Source of the DNA: Mytilus californianus
Lineage: Eukaryota
NCBI RefSeq assembly: GCF_021869535.1
Contig: NW_026262685.1
Location: 372,001 to 436,000, forward strand
Length of the DNA stretch: 64,000 nt
Reading direction: 5' to 3'
Below the pieces are notes generated by a model that had not been told where the DNA came from, searched no databases, and saw only the letters and a list, made by a program, of their open reading frames with translations. Positions 1 to 14,070 of the stretch are shown here, one piece after another (the first letter of the stretch is position 1; every line of letters begins with the position of its first letter). Made by a program: the position numbers and the translations under genes.

Positions 1-782
1 GAACTTGAAATGATATGCTTTTTGTTCTAAAAAAAAAGGAGAAAAATCCAAAATTTACCAAATTGACAACATGGTCAATTTGACACGAAAAAGCAACAAA
101 ATTTTATAAAGCTTTCTAGTTTTAATACCAATATATAGTTTTTTTAAGTTAAATTTATTCAGATTAGTCCACTTCATCTTTAATAAAAGTATAAAAAAAA
201 GTTTAATTCTGAAACTGTGATTTTTTTTCATGATAATAGCCCAAAAATGGGTAAAATTTGATGAAAATGGGAAAATCATTAAAAATGGGGTACTTTCAAA
301 TGGCCGTAGCAAAATAAATGTGCACCACCATATGATTTTTTCTTCGTCAACCTCTTTCTAACAGTCATATAAACCAAAAAATCAGGTTAAGAAAAAAGGA
401 TTAATCCTAGAAATTTTTGGCTCCTCAGAGGTGTACATCCTTTTGTAAAAGTACAATGTACATCAATATGAGCACTCGTGTATGTAAACAGGCAATCTCA
501 AGATTTTTTGGGAAATTTGAAATGCAACTAGAGCTTGAGGAACTACATAATTATGAATATAAAATGATGATGTATATATATTTTCATGTTTTTTTTTAGA
601 TATTGATAATTTAATATCTGGATAGCAGAAGTACAAATGTATAGAATACAAATAATATTGCTCAAAGGTTCACCAATTTTGAATTGAAAATATTATTACT
701 TGGACATATGCCTTACGAATTTTTGAAGTTGGTTAAATACTTTTTTTTTTTTAATTATTTCATTAATCTCAAATTTACTTAC

Positions 783-3700
783 CAATATTTGGTATCATTT
801 GTATGACTAGGAATATAACTCCACCAACATTGCTACCGAGTGTCATCAGCAGGTTAGTGGTGCCCTCTGGAACCGGATATGCTGCTTCACACGCCATCTC
901 AAAGAACAGTGGCAAGGTTGATGTCAGGAACATTGTTCCCATTATTATTGATGCATATAACATAACTATGGAGAAAAATGGTTATTTGAAAGTCAAAACG
1001 TGAAGCATGCATAAAAAAGGTTCCATACTATGTCATCATGGTTCTTAGCGTTAATCAATCAGAAAAATGTGTATGGCAATGTTAAATTCAAAGGTGATTG
1101 AAATTTTTGATGAAAATCTAATTGTGTCTTATTTACTTTATTGTTTAAATGGTGTTTTTTTTTTTATATATATTAATAAGATTATTCTCTTGATATAGTC
1201 AAATCCTTTACATTCGCTCAATTTAATGGAAGTTAGTCTTACTGGATACAAGAACAAAAGTTTCCGAATTGACTTGCATGTCTGTATATGGACGTTATCT
1301 TATCATGTTTGAAAGCACCAGCGCGATAAATATTTAAAAACGATTTATATTGTTAGCAACTGCGGACTCGGTTATCCATTTATTCATAATCCAAACTTAC
1401 ATGTAGAACTGTGAATAACACCTTCAACGAGGAATATAAACCATACAAAACACCCGGATGCACATATGTACAGAAATAACAACAATAATCTCATGTGTCG
1501 AGAAAATATATCAGAAAATCTGAAAAACATCAAAGAAAGAATTGTAGAATCATTTTTACGTGTTCAAACTACCTGGCAGCCTATATCAAATACAATAGTT
1601 ATTCCTTAATATGTCACTAGTAAATGAGGGGCTCTTATCGCAAAAAACAATTACGACAATAATTTCATGATTGGTTGGTAGTTGCTTAACGTCCACTGGT
1701 AAATATTTAATGCATTTTCAATACGATCGACATTAATTGATCATAAGTTATATTGAAATGTTCATGACTTAAAAGAGTATTTTTTTCATAATTTCTTTTG
1801 TAAAAGTAACTTCCTGAGCACCCGAGTTCATCCACAGTATGTTTCTGTTTCGGTTTCCATTCCTCAACCCTTAAAGTTTTCTGTTTACCGTGTTTAGCCA
1901 TGATGTTGTCTTCAACTTATAGTTTTTAATTGACTCCTTGGAATCTCCTCCCTCTTTTTTTACAAGAAACGTGACAATGACGCTAATAATAACATCACAC
2001 AAATGTAAAAACAATAGTAACAATTTAAGAGATTAATGTTAATATTGAATGTTATTTGTTTTGTGTAATATGACTTTTTACTTACTTAGCAAAAACAAGT
2101 GATGCAAGACATCCTGCGATTAACGAATAAAATCCAAGCCACCCGGCTTCATCCTACAAAAGTTCAGTGTTTAATATTAGAGTTTTAAAATAATCCCAGC
2201 CACCAGGCACTGTTCTACAAAAGTTCAGTGCCATAAGAGTTATATAAATTCCAAGCCGCTCTGCTTTATCTTACAAAAGTCCAGTGCCTTTAAAGTTATA
2301 TAAAATCAAAGTCACCATGCTCTGTCCTACAAAAGTTTAGTGCCATAAGAGTTATATAAAATCCAAGCCACCCATATCTGTCCTACAAAAGTTCAGTGTC
2401 TATGTATGTTGGCGTTTGTTTTTATAGCAGTTCAGTGTTTATGCTGTTCCGTTGTTTTCCTCTAATAGTTGATGTGTTTCCCTCGGTTTTGGTTTGTGAC
2501 GCGGATTTGTTTCAGTTAAATCGATTTATGACTATTGAACAGCGGTATACTACTGTTGCCTTTATTCATTAGAGTTATATAAAATCCAAGCCATCCTGCT
2601 CTGTCCTACAAAAATTCAGTGCCTTTAGAGTTTTATAAAATCCAAGCCACCCTGCTCTGTCCTACAAAAGTTCAGTGCCATTAGAGTTATATAAAATCCA
2701 AGCCACTCTGCTCTGTCCTACAAAAGTTCAGTGCCTTTAGAGTTATATAAAATCCCAGCCACCCTGCTCTGTCCAACAAAAGTTCAGTGCCATAAGAGTT
2801 ATATAAATTCCAAGCCGCTCTGCTTTATCCTACAAACGTTTAGTGCCTATAGAGTTATATAAAATCAAAGTCACTCTGCTCTGTCCTACAAAAGTTCAGT
2901 GCCATTCGAGTTTTATAAAATCCAAGCCACTCTGCTCTGTCCTACAAAAGTTCAGTGCCATTCGAGTTTTATAAATTCCAAACCGCCTTGCTCTATCCTA
3001 CAAAAGTTCAGTGCCATTAGCGTTTTATAAAATCCAAGCCACCCTGCTCTGTTCTACAAAAGTTCAGTGCCATAAGAGTTATATATATTCCAAGCCGCTC
3101 TGCTTTATCCTACAAACGTTTAGTGCATATAGAGTTATATAAAATCAAAGTCACTCTGCTCTGTCCTACAAAAGTTCAGTGACATTCGAGTTTTATAAAA
3201 TCCAAGCCACCCTGCTCTGTCCAACAAAAGTTCAGTGCCATTAGAGTTAAATAAATTCTAAGCCACCCTGCTCTGTCCTACAAAAGTTCAGTGCCTTTAG
3301 AGTTATATAAAATCCCAGCCACCCAGCTTGCCTACACAAGTTCAGCGTCATTAGAGTTATATAAATTCCAAGCCGCCTGCTCTTTCCTACAAAAGTTAAG
3401 TGCCATAAGAGTTTTATAAAAAACAAGCCACCCTGTTCTGTCCTACAAAAGTTCAGTGTCATTAGAGTTATGTAAAATCCAAGACACCTGCTCTGTCCTA
3501 CAAAAGTTAAGTGCCATTAGAGTTACATAAAATCCAAGCCACCTGCTCTTTCTTACAAAAGTTCAGTGCCATTAGAGTTATATAAAATCCAAGCCGTCTG
3601 CTCTGTCCTACAAAAGTTCAGTGCCATTAGAGTTATATAAAATCCAAGCCACCTGCCCTGTCCTACAAAAGTTCAGTGCCATTAGCGTTTTATAAATTCC

Positions 3701-6700
3701 AAGCCACCCTGCTCTCCCCTTTACAAAAATTCAGTGTCATTAGAGTTATATTCAATCCAAGCCACTCTGCTCTGTCCTACAAAAGTTCAGTGCCATTAGC
3801 GTTTTATAAATTCCAAGCCACCCTGCTCTCCCCTTTACAAAAGTTCAGTGTCATTAGAGTTATATAAAATCCAAGCCGCCTGCTCTGTCCTACAAAAGTT
3901 CAGTGTTATTTGAGTTATATCAAACCCAAGCCACTCTGCTCTTGCCTATAGAAGTTAGTGTTATTTGAGTTATATGAAATCCAACCCACCCTGCACTGTC
4001 CTACAAAATTTCAGTATCGTCAGAGTTATATAAAATCTTATATAAAATCTTATTCACCCTGCTCTAGATCTGTCCTATACAAATTAAAGTTCAATGTCAT
4101 TAAAGTTGTGTACCGACGTACATACTCGATTTTTTTTATTTAAGGAATGACTGTAATGTTTTTTCTGTCTATGAAGAATTAAAATCAAAAATGTGATGCA
4201 CACTGAATATTACAGTTTTCGTTACTTTAACAAAGAATGGAAAAAAATATATAAAACGATAAAATTTACGTGAGTTGATTCTTTTATCATAGAAAAAGGT
4301 TGACAATGTTTTCAGATCAAATGGCCGTTGTATGAAATTCTAAATTTTTTATTTTTTTTAAAATGTGTGTTCAATGCATTGCGCCAAAAATACCATGTTG
4401 TACGAGTTAATAGATGTTCAAACTGAGCTTTTTACTCGAATACATAGCATAAAGTCTTTGGACTTTTTCGAGTTTGTGGTTCATCGATAAACATCTTTAA
4501 CACCTTATTTAATGCTACTGATATATAATACTGTGTAGATACCTCTGAAATATTGTGTGGCTTTAAAATAACATCTAACACTCCTTGCCAACAACCAAAT
4601 ACACCTTGTGAAACTCCAAACGTCAGAAAAATCAACCAGAATTTTACATTTCTGGAAAATAAATGTCATAAATACATACTAGTATAAAACTGAGTACGGC
4701 CTCCTCTGAACGTGTGAAGGTCCTTGCAATGTACTAGTATTGGCTAAACTACACACATACAACATGCGTTATAGAAAGATTGACAAAGATCAAAGAATTT
4801 GTAAATTTTGTTCTTATAATTCAATTGAAGAATGTAATAATTTCAAAAAGCTAAATACAGAAACCAGATTTATTTTTGCTACATTCTTGTGAAAATGGAG
4901 AAATATACAACACTGTGGCTTTAATTTGTCATAAATGTTTTACAATAAGAAAACAACTACTATAGCTCCATATAATCATAAGCATTATCGTTATTGTTTT
5001 TTGTTTCTTGATTTTTGTTTGTATTTGTTTTTTACTTATGTCTATTTGTAATCATTATATGTAACTTGCCCTTTATGGGCTAATAATTGGTTTAATAAAA
5101 TATTTGTTTTCGTATTCGTATTTGCACAACCCGTCAAATATCGTTTCTTTACCAGTAAAAACCATTTTCCAATCGGGATATCACATCTTCACGGTGATGC
5201 TGTTTTTAGAGTTCAAAAATTTAGATACGATCCATGTGATCATTTGAATACACTTTTTCTTAAAGATTATCAAATTTACACTATAGTAAGATCTTTGAAT
5301 ATTGTCTTTATTAGGACTGACACTGTTTTTGTTTTTAATAGCTTAAAACATAACTAAATATGTAAATATGGCACTCTTATGGTCCAACATCCTATCGATA
5401 CTGTTTATAACGCCTACATGTTACTTGTTTTGAATTATCCCTGAAGTAAATGCGTGTACATTTACTCTTAGATTGGTATTGTGTTTCTTTTTGTTAGTTG
5501 ATGTTGGCTTCATGTCGATCTGATGCGCTATTTTATGATAAACGGATTTCAGAACATATTGTGTCAAGCTCTATAAGTCGTTCAAAGTTTTAAAAAGTTG
5601 TGAAAAAAATCATACTGACAATCAAAAATCTGCCATGTTTCCATATTGGACATGCGCATGAACATGATTGTGAAGGTGTTAAACTTATGTTTAAGATCGT
5701 CAACCTCCCTTTTTAATCTGAAGCAGATACATTAAAAAACAAGAAAGCACTAAACTCGACAATAACGGAATAATAGACAAACTAGCAAGACTATTATTAA
5801 CAAAATATGCAATATGTTTTGTTTACTACTTCAATACACTATCTAGATCACATGTTTGATCGATTGATTTGCCCAGTCGCAAATATTTCTTGCATATTCA
5901 GGACGATCAGATAACTTATTTTCTAGAATTTAAAGTAATTACGAGACTATGAAATTAATTATATCATTCATATATATTAAAGTAGGCAAAAGACTTATTA
6001 TACCAATTTTGTTCGCACGAAACATGAATTTTTAATACCCTTCATCTGGTACACATGGGGCAAAAGGTTTGGTAAGCCAAATAGAAAATATTTTAAGAAT
6101 TGCATAATCTGTAAAGTGGATTATAATCTAGAAATTGAAACAATTGACCATTTCTGACAACCTACCTTATAAGAACTTTAATACCAGAACTAAAATCTAA
6201 ACGTCCCACTGACGCTGATAGTGTGGGTGGTAGTTTCGGCTTTGCCGGGTAGTATACTAACATCAAGAAAAAAGCAGCACCGACAAAGCAAAGATCTGTA
6301 AAAAAAAACACGAAAACAAGATAATAAGGCAAAACTCTGCAAAACTCTTTAATCGACTGTTATGAAATTTGTATACAAAGTTATATTCGAATGAAATAAA
6401 AGGTAATATAATTTATTTTTTCAATCTAATTTTATTTTCATTGTTTTGTTTAGAATTAAGTTTCTTATACTTACAGTAAATCATGTAACTATGGATATCT
6501 TTACGTTCAGCTGTTATCACTGTTTCTATAATGATAAGTATATTGTAAAAAGAATAGAAAGTTTTTTTAAACAAAACTTTCAGAACTTAGCAGATATTTG
6601 ACAACCTAAATGTAGAACGTTTCTTAAAATTTTCACTACTAAAGTTATTGAATCATAAAAAGTGATGGAATTTTCTAAAGTGTTAATTGTATACAAAATA

Positions 6701-9700
6701 TACTACACGATAGCAAAGTATGTTTAAAGGTTGGGATAATTATTTGATCATGACTATGAGATTGAATAATGTTGATTCTTCAATTTTAGCTCGTTGTTCA
6801 AAATACTCTCACCAATAGATTATATTTCCGATGGGAATCTAAAAACAGTGAAAATTTCGTGATTCACTTTATAAAAGAGGAACTCATTTGAAACCATATC
6901 GACCGAAACAATTATTTTTTAATTCCCAGGTTATTTTACGAATAAAATGTATAAAAACGCGACGAAGTTCGACTAAAGGTACGGTAAAACATTTTCACAA
7001 ATTTTCAGAAAAAGAATAACTTATTGTAATTAGAAGGCAAAAAGGTAAGTAACAAAACTTACGATTGGTGCAGTTGTGTATGATGTTTCCAATGAAAATA
7101 CTGCAAACATAATTAAAGCAAATATTTTTTATTTATTTGACTTAAATATATGAGATATTATCTTACCTCCTATAGATTTCTGGGGATATGATTGGTTAAA
7201 GGACTACACGTGGTGACTACATATATTTGATATAGGGTGTCCTAAAAAATATGGGGTTAGTTACCATATTAGGTTAGTTACCATATGGGGTTAGTAAGGA
7301 GTCACTTCCATTTCAAAACAAAAAAGAAATCTGAAAGGTTTCAACAGACGAAGAAATTGAAAATGAACGATTGAAATAAATTCATAAAACAAATTTAAAG
7401 CTAACAAGTTGTTATTGTTTGCATTTGTTTTTGTATAGACCAATTGAAGTATGTTCTTAATACTAAGTATTGAAGACTTAATCACTTTGATAGGACGCTA
7501 GTCTAAATACCACATGTGAAAGATAGTCGGTAAGATAAATTCGTTACACGGTGTGCTAGTGACCTAATACTATGGGGTCAGTAAATTCCATATGTGGATT
7601 CGAGCTTCGCTCTCACCCCATATGGAATTTACTGACCCCATATATATCGTATTAAGTCACTAACACACCATGTAACTAATAAGATAAGATAATGATTATT
7701 TTGTTAAAGTGTCACACATATATATATATATATATGTGAAAAAACAACCCATATATATATATATATATGAAACAACAACCCAAAAGGAACAAAAGGAACA
7801 CTTTATCTTAATAAATGATAACTTTTCTTACAGTCAAAGTTGGATCTTTTTGGATATACCGATGCTTAATCATAAATCATAAATCCGATATCAAATGAGA
7901 ATAAAGCTGGACGGAAATAAGAAGTTGCAATGTGTAAAGCTTTGCTATTATGTGAATATAATATGACACTACATCAGTATAATATAAATGTATTAACGTT
8001 CCCTGAATCTACAGCTTTTCATCCTGCATTATTTAGCAATGAACACATCATACAGTTGTTGTCGTTGGTCGTTGTCTGTTTAATTTTTGTTCATTCATTG
8101 TTGCAAGGAATTGTATATTTAAATATACAATTCCTTGATTGTTGTAAAATTAATCATGCCGTTTTATCTGATCGATTTCAAATGTTGTCATACAGCTGTC
8201 TTCTATAGCCTACTATTATACATTAAGGGTTTTGTTTATTGTTGAAGGCCGAATGCTGAAGCGTTTTTTGTTCACATCCGTATCTGTAGGACTTAATGGA
8301 CCATAGTTGTCTCTTTGACTCATACCACACATTCTCGTGTTAAAAAAAAATCTGATAAAATTGTTGAAATATATAAACTCTTTATTGACGTCTACTGAAT
8401 ATAAGTTAAAAAATTTCGGTTTCATATTTTAAGATTAAAAATGATAATAATCATAGTGACCAGAGGGAAATATATAGAAGAAACAGAAATATAATAGACA
8501 CACGCACCTGCTTCTCTTATGTACTGTCTTGTTGTCATGACAATTACCTCTAAATGGAACGAAATAAGGCCCTACAATAGTATTTAAGCTTTTATATTAT
8601 AGATATTATTTGGACATGAACATATTTGGATAAAATCATTTAACATGTAGACCTTTTCAGTCCTTTGACAGTTTATAGTATTTTATAGTATATATTATTC
8701 GACGTTCATTATCATACGTGACTGTTCCCACAAACTGAGTATAGTATACAAATCATATATTTTATCAAATATACACAAGACAAGGAAATGAAAGTGTTTC
8801 GTGATTCAATTAACACAACGCGTACTGTAAAACAGTTTCCATAAAACTGTAAGGACATAGATAATTCATAAATGACTTTCCTATTGCTATTGCACTTTTA
8901 AATATCCAAGCTGTTATTAATTTCAACCTATCTATATCATCTACAGGCAACATAACGTTGCAACACAATAAATAAATCAATATATAAAGATATAGATCCA
9001 TTTACCCAGTATGAATGCTAGACCAGGTCCTAAACTACTTAATACTGAATTAAGTGCTGTGGCAGTAGTTCTTTCGTCAGCAGGAAACCATAAGGCTGAC
9101 AGAACAGGTGGAGCACCAAAGGCTACTGGTCCACCTAAACCATTCAGTAACTGACCAATGTTACTTGTCCTGAAAAATGACAATAAGCTCTAAATTAATT
9201 TGATTCATTTGAAATGCTTTTGCATTATAAGCATAATAATGCTACACTTGTAATGATTAATGGGCGTATAAGGTCAGCAACCCTATCAACAAAATGAAGC
9301 CAACCGAAATGTCAAAATGTCAATAAAGATTGGAAAATGTATGTATCATATACAATTTCTATAGATTTACAATGCTTTTATGGAAAGATGTATATTTCAT
9401 GATTAATTGACTATTGCTTGTTTCCTTTGACGCAAGTATTTTGTTCGTATTCAGGAGAATATTCTATGTATCTGCATAGTAAAATATTTTAAATGAGGTG
9501 GATTTTGATTTTTCCCACATGTCCACTGTGGCATGGGCACAGAGGTGGCAAAACTTCTACATTATGAAAATAAGGAGATGTGGTATGACTGCCAATGAGA
9601 CAACTATCCACCAAAGTTCAAATGAAGTGGATGTAAGCAATTATAGGCAACCGTACGGTCTTCAACAATGAGAAAAACCCATACCGTATAGTCGGCTATA

Positions 9701-10800
9701 AAAGTCCCCAACATGAAAAAATATGAAACTATTTAATTGAAAAAACTAACGACATAATTTATTACAAAACAATTAACGAAAAACAAATATGACAGACATG
9801 AACCAACGACAACCACTGAACTACAGGCTCCTGTCCACTATATCAAATTTATGAAGATTATATACCGTTTCTTTTTTATCAAGTGACCTATAATTACCAT
9901 CCATTTGAAGATATCAAAATATGTACTCAACATTTCTATGCGAAAAAAGTTAAAAAAAAAAGTTTATTGTATATTGGTTTGCTGCCAACCATTGCAAACA
10001 AATCAAAGACATAAGTATCTTTCCTTATCATCCACGCCGTTGTATAAAAGTACTATAAACTATTATGTATAATTACCACGTGACGTATGATGGATCTGTT
10101 GTAAGACATCGTACAACAGCACCTAAAAGTACCAGGAATGTAGCTACTAAAGATGCAACTCGGATACCTGAAAAAGAGTCAAATATAATATATTCATCTC
10201 CACTTGTTAAATGTTTTATGTGTTGTTTGTGACAGGACAGCAATTACAAATAAATCCACCACACCTACGGTACTGGAACCATCATTTAGCTAAATAAAAT
10301 TACTGAAGTAAAACCTGCATATACTGTTATTCCTATCAATAACTTGAGAATGACCAAATTACATAGGACACAAATAATATGTTACAATTGTATATAGTTT
10401 ATATATGCAGTAATCATTTGAAATAACACCAGTATATATCATATCAATATTTACCTTTCTTTTCTATCAGCCAAATAAATGGGAGGGTTGACAGAATCGA
10501 TGAAATAGGTCCCCATGCCGTAAGCAATGCTATATCTGAATCTTTCCAACCGAATGCGTCCTCAGTTGTAGCTGAAATGGGTCCATAAATGTTCCATGAT
10601 CCACCTTGAGACATAGCACATAGAGAGAATACGACAAGAACATACCAACGACGTTTGTAAACTTTGGTTCTCGGTAGCGCCTCGTCTGTGTTTATTACAA
10701 CATTCTGATTGCATTTGTCGTCAATAACAGAAACTGTTTCTGTGTAAACAGCACCTGTATTATCACTATCACATAGGAGAGGCTTACTTTCATGTTCCAT
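783..10800 (-). CDS. SLC49A4: SLC49A4/DIRC2-like lysosomal MFS transporter, paralog A (3'-partial, last exon off the left edge)
   Basis: Exons on the minus strand: 10455-10800, 10077-10167, 9006-9169, 8508-8571, 7063-7100, 6475-6525, 6166-6295, 4543-4651, 2086-2153, 1401-1519, 783-965. All have GT-AG ends and join in frame (phases 1,2,1,2,1,1,2,0,2,1,1). Motifs MEHESKPLL, KRRWYVL, GQLLNGLGGP, WFPADERTTATA, YYPAKPKLPP and FEMACEAAYPVPEG match human SLC49A4 as I recall it. No WENW-type terminal exon was found in 1-782. Confidence 0.92.
2128..4105 (-). repeat. 56-bp tandem array (about 32 units) made of paralog A exon 9 splice acceptor plus exon start
   Basis: Minus-strand unit ATATAACTCTAATGGCACTGAACTTTTGTAG|GACAGAGCAGGGTGGCTTGGATTTT versus the real junction CACTGAACTTTTGTAG|GATGAAGCCGGGTGGCTTGGATTTT. 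Period 56 measured from 2641 to 2697. Confidence 0.95.
2400..2566. mobile_element. About 165-bp interspersed repeat inserted in the 56-bp array
   Basis: It interrupts one unit (gttcagtgt|...|cattagag). It ends in the imperfect hairpin AACAGCGGTATACTACTGTT plus GCCTTTATT, and the same end recurs at 21784-21820. Confidence 0.65.
7543..7676. mobile_element. Fold-back element centred on GAGC-GAA-GCTC
   Basis: Perfect 24-bp inner arms (7571-7594 and 7619-7642) plus imperfect outer arms. Confidence 0.75.
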
Positions 10801-13642
10801 GGTGGCTTACGCTTATTTTGTCATACCATCATATGATCCTGACGAATGAACATATTGATATTGTTTGTAATGTTCTCCATTTATAGTATATTTGTGTATT
10901 ATATCGATTCGAAAATATTCATACATAAACGTAAAGTGTTTAACTGCATATATTTATTATACACAAATGTAAAGTGGAACTGCTTAAAGGCAATAAAGTT
11001 TGCATTTCCATATTACACCTGCAGTATGTGTGTAAATGTGTACAGTTTAAATAAATCCTAGGTTTAAATTCATTCAAGCTTGTCATTTTTTCGCTATATT
11101 TAAATATATATAACCATTTGACAGTCTGTCGAAGTCTATAAATATTTTTTGACGTCGTATATGTGTCTTCAAACATCTATTTTCTTCCTGTCAAATGTTT
11201 TTATTCTTATTTTTAATTTCGTACCACTATACTAGAAATAGTATACATGCAGAATGTCTTTATATATATATATATATGAAAAGTAGACAGCAGATAAATA
11301 GTCAATGTTATTTGGGTTTAAACATGTTAAAAGCTATAACAAGGCTAAAATTTCTCGACAGGGTATTTATCATAAGAGTCTTAGAGATTTAAAAGCGTTA
11401 ACATAATTTCTTATCTATATAAATAAGAAGATGTGGTATGAGTGCCAATGAGACAACTCTCCATCCAAGTCACAATGTATAAAAAGTTAACAATTATGGG
11501 TCAAAGTACGGTAGTATATTTTCAAAATTACCGATTTAAAATAAATTAATGAATATTGTTCTGTGTGTTTTTAATGAGAGCTCATGTGAATGGTGGTGAC
11601 AGAGTATCTCTATTCAAACGTGCTTTTGATGAGCGCTGGAAAATGTCAAGTTTTCATACTTCAATAATTATTTAAGGGTATAATATTAAAATGAAATATA
11701 TGAAAATATATAAAATAAGGTTCTCTTATCTACATCAGTACTATAATATGAACAACATATCAACAATTTTTTTTATAGTTGTTGATGTATGTATTGAGTA
11801 GCATTTATTTAATTACTATTCTTGATTTATTGTATTGTATTATTTTATTTAGTTCTCCTAATTGATATGTCATTGCATGTACATATAAAAAGAGATGTGA
11901 GCTTTACGTCAATAACAAAACCAAGCCAAAACACAAATTAACCAAAAGACATCTAGAAATCATAGTCTTCAAGAATAGACAAATATTGTCTACAGAGACA
12001 ACATACTCAGTTTTTGTCCAAAAATATGTATCAAGCCGTCATATATACATCTAGATAAAAAAACATATGATAATTGCTGGTACGTTTTCAGTTATCCTAC
12101 AAGTGCAACTTATCCAATTGGTGTCTCTATATTACCATCATTTATATTCTATTTAAATATCTCCTTAATATAAGATCGTCAAATCGTTTAAAACTGCTTC
12201 ACTAATTTAATTCCATATCATGTTTTCTATTGTTTTATTTTGTTTTATTCACTTTTGATTTTTATGCATTTCCATCGGAGAGTTTTGTTTTTGTGGGTTA
12301 TTTAAAAAAACAACACTTTATAAATTTCATGCATCCGAAGTTCAAATGGAATTACAAGTTAAAAACATTGCCTCGTATAAAGACTAAAAAAACTTTGACC
12401 TATAATGGTTTACTTTTATAAATTGTGACTTGGATGGAGAGTTGTCTCATTGGCACTCATACCACATCTTCTTATATGTAAATAAAACGGAGATATAGCA
12501 TAATCATAAATATGTCATACAAGTTTGCCTCGCTTAAAGATACGTAATCGTCCTCTTCTTGCCAGAAATTTTCGATGTCTCAGCGTTTGAGTGGCAAATT
12601 GTGCAAGAGACATTTTCAGTAAATTTAAATTTCTATATACGACAGCAGGAATATAGATAAGTTGCTAATTTTGTTATCAATTGTTATCAATTTTATAATA
12701 AAAAGACGTTAAGGTGTAATCATACGGTGTTCATTAATAGACAAGTGACAATATGTCAAGCTCTAAATAGTCTAGATTATAACTCAAACTTGTGACTATT
12801 TTTATCAGAGACTATTAATGATATGACATACTTAACGACGTTCCTTTCAATCTTTACGTCCTGCATGATTGCTTACATGTAGCACGTCTACTGTTCATAG
12901 TCAGCGACGAGACCAAGAGATAAGTTAGAACTTTTAAAAGAGATAACAAATATTTTTTTGATATTTGATGTTTCATTTATATTACGTTTGTAAAGCTACA
13001 AATGTTGATGAAAAATACAAAAGTAATCTTGACCTTACGTACACACATGTGATACTACTTAATATGTTATTCGTTTGATATATATTTGAAATACTCTAAT
13101 TGTTGACCTCCTGACTGGTAAATAACCTCTCAAAAATTAATAACAAATATAAAATTGACATCAAAATAATGCAATATAACGACATTTTTGAATACTAGAT
13201 ACACTCTCACTGTGTATTTTTTCTAGAATTAAGTTAGCACATATATACCAGAAAGTAGAACGCGAAGTGAGTGTTGTGTTATTATCAAACTATTGGTTTC
13301 AAAGACTTTTGACGGATTATTTTGTTATTGTCGTGTGTATACATGTATATGTGTCCCTTTTTAGTAGTCAAGCATGAAATGGTTTAATGATTAACACAAA
13401 AGATTCGTCCAACAAACAATACACATCACACAGACCTTTAAGAGATCCCTTTGTGTGACAGGTGCCTAAACAATATATCAAGCTCTAAATCGTTTAGAGT
13501 CTTTAAAAAACGGGGCATGCTAATACAAAATTTAAAGTAACTGAGAGAATTTTCAATCTAACTTATTATTTCATTGTTCCGTAAAAAGCAGAAAATGCAG
13601 TATGAATTTCTAACTAGGAGGAGGATAAAATCCACCTTCATT

Positions 13643-14070
13643 GTGATTGATTGATTGTTGGTTGCTTAACGTCCAGTGACAAATATTTCATGCATGTCCA
13701 GGACTGTAACAAATTACTGATAAAACAAAAGGTAGGTCCTGTAATAGAAGCAGTCATCACGAAGGTCGGGAACTTTTGGACTGCTACTGGTAAATGGGGA
13801 TATATTGGATACACAGCAATTTTGCCTTGCAACAGGCCATATACGGACCCATCAAAGATTTATTGCAAGGTTATTTACGTGAGAGGGCGTGACACTCTCT
13901 TCACACGAGGCATCGGATTTAACGTCCCCATTCTGACCGAATGTGGCTGGAACTTGTACATCCCGCACTGCCGAACGGAGGCCTCACTTTTGCAAGGGTT
14001 TCACTGCCGGTCGGAAGAAGACATAAGTTACCATATTTCTTTTCCCCAGCCAACCTTAGGGGTCCTTTGT
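13643..14070 (-). mobile_element. SINE-like element with (CAAT)n tail
   Basis: GC-richer island ending in a TGAT microsatellite. The tail TTGCTTAACGTCCA..AAATATTT..ATGCAT recurs at about 1670-1715 and 5870-5905. The central GGGGACGTTAAA motif resembles a Nin/Deu domain (from memory). Confidence 0.5.

Noticed and set aside
1-782. Last exon of paralog A
   Set aside because: No W-x-N-W-C exon was found, so it is presumed off-window rather than lost.
7166-7202. Alternative candidate for A exon 5
   Set aside because: Wrong phase after exon 4 (it gives a stop), while 7063-7100 fits with strong splice sites.
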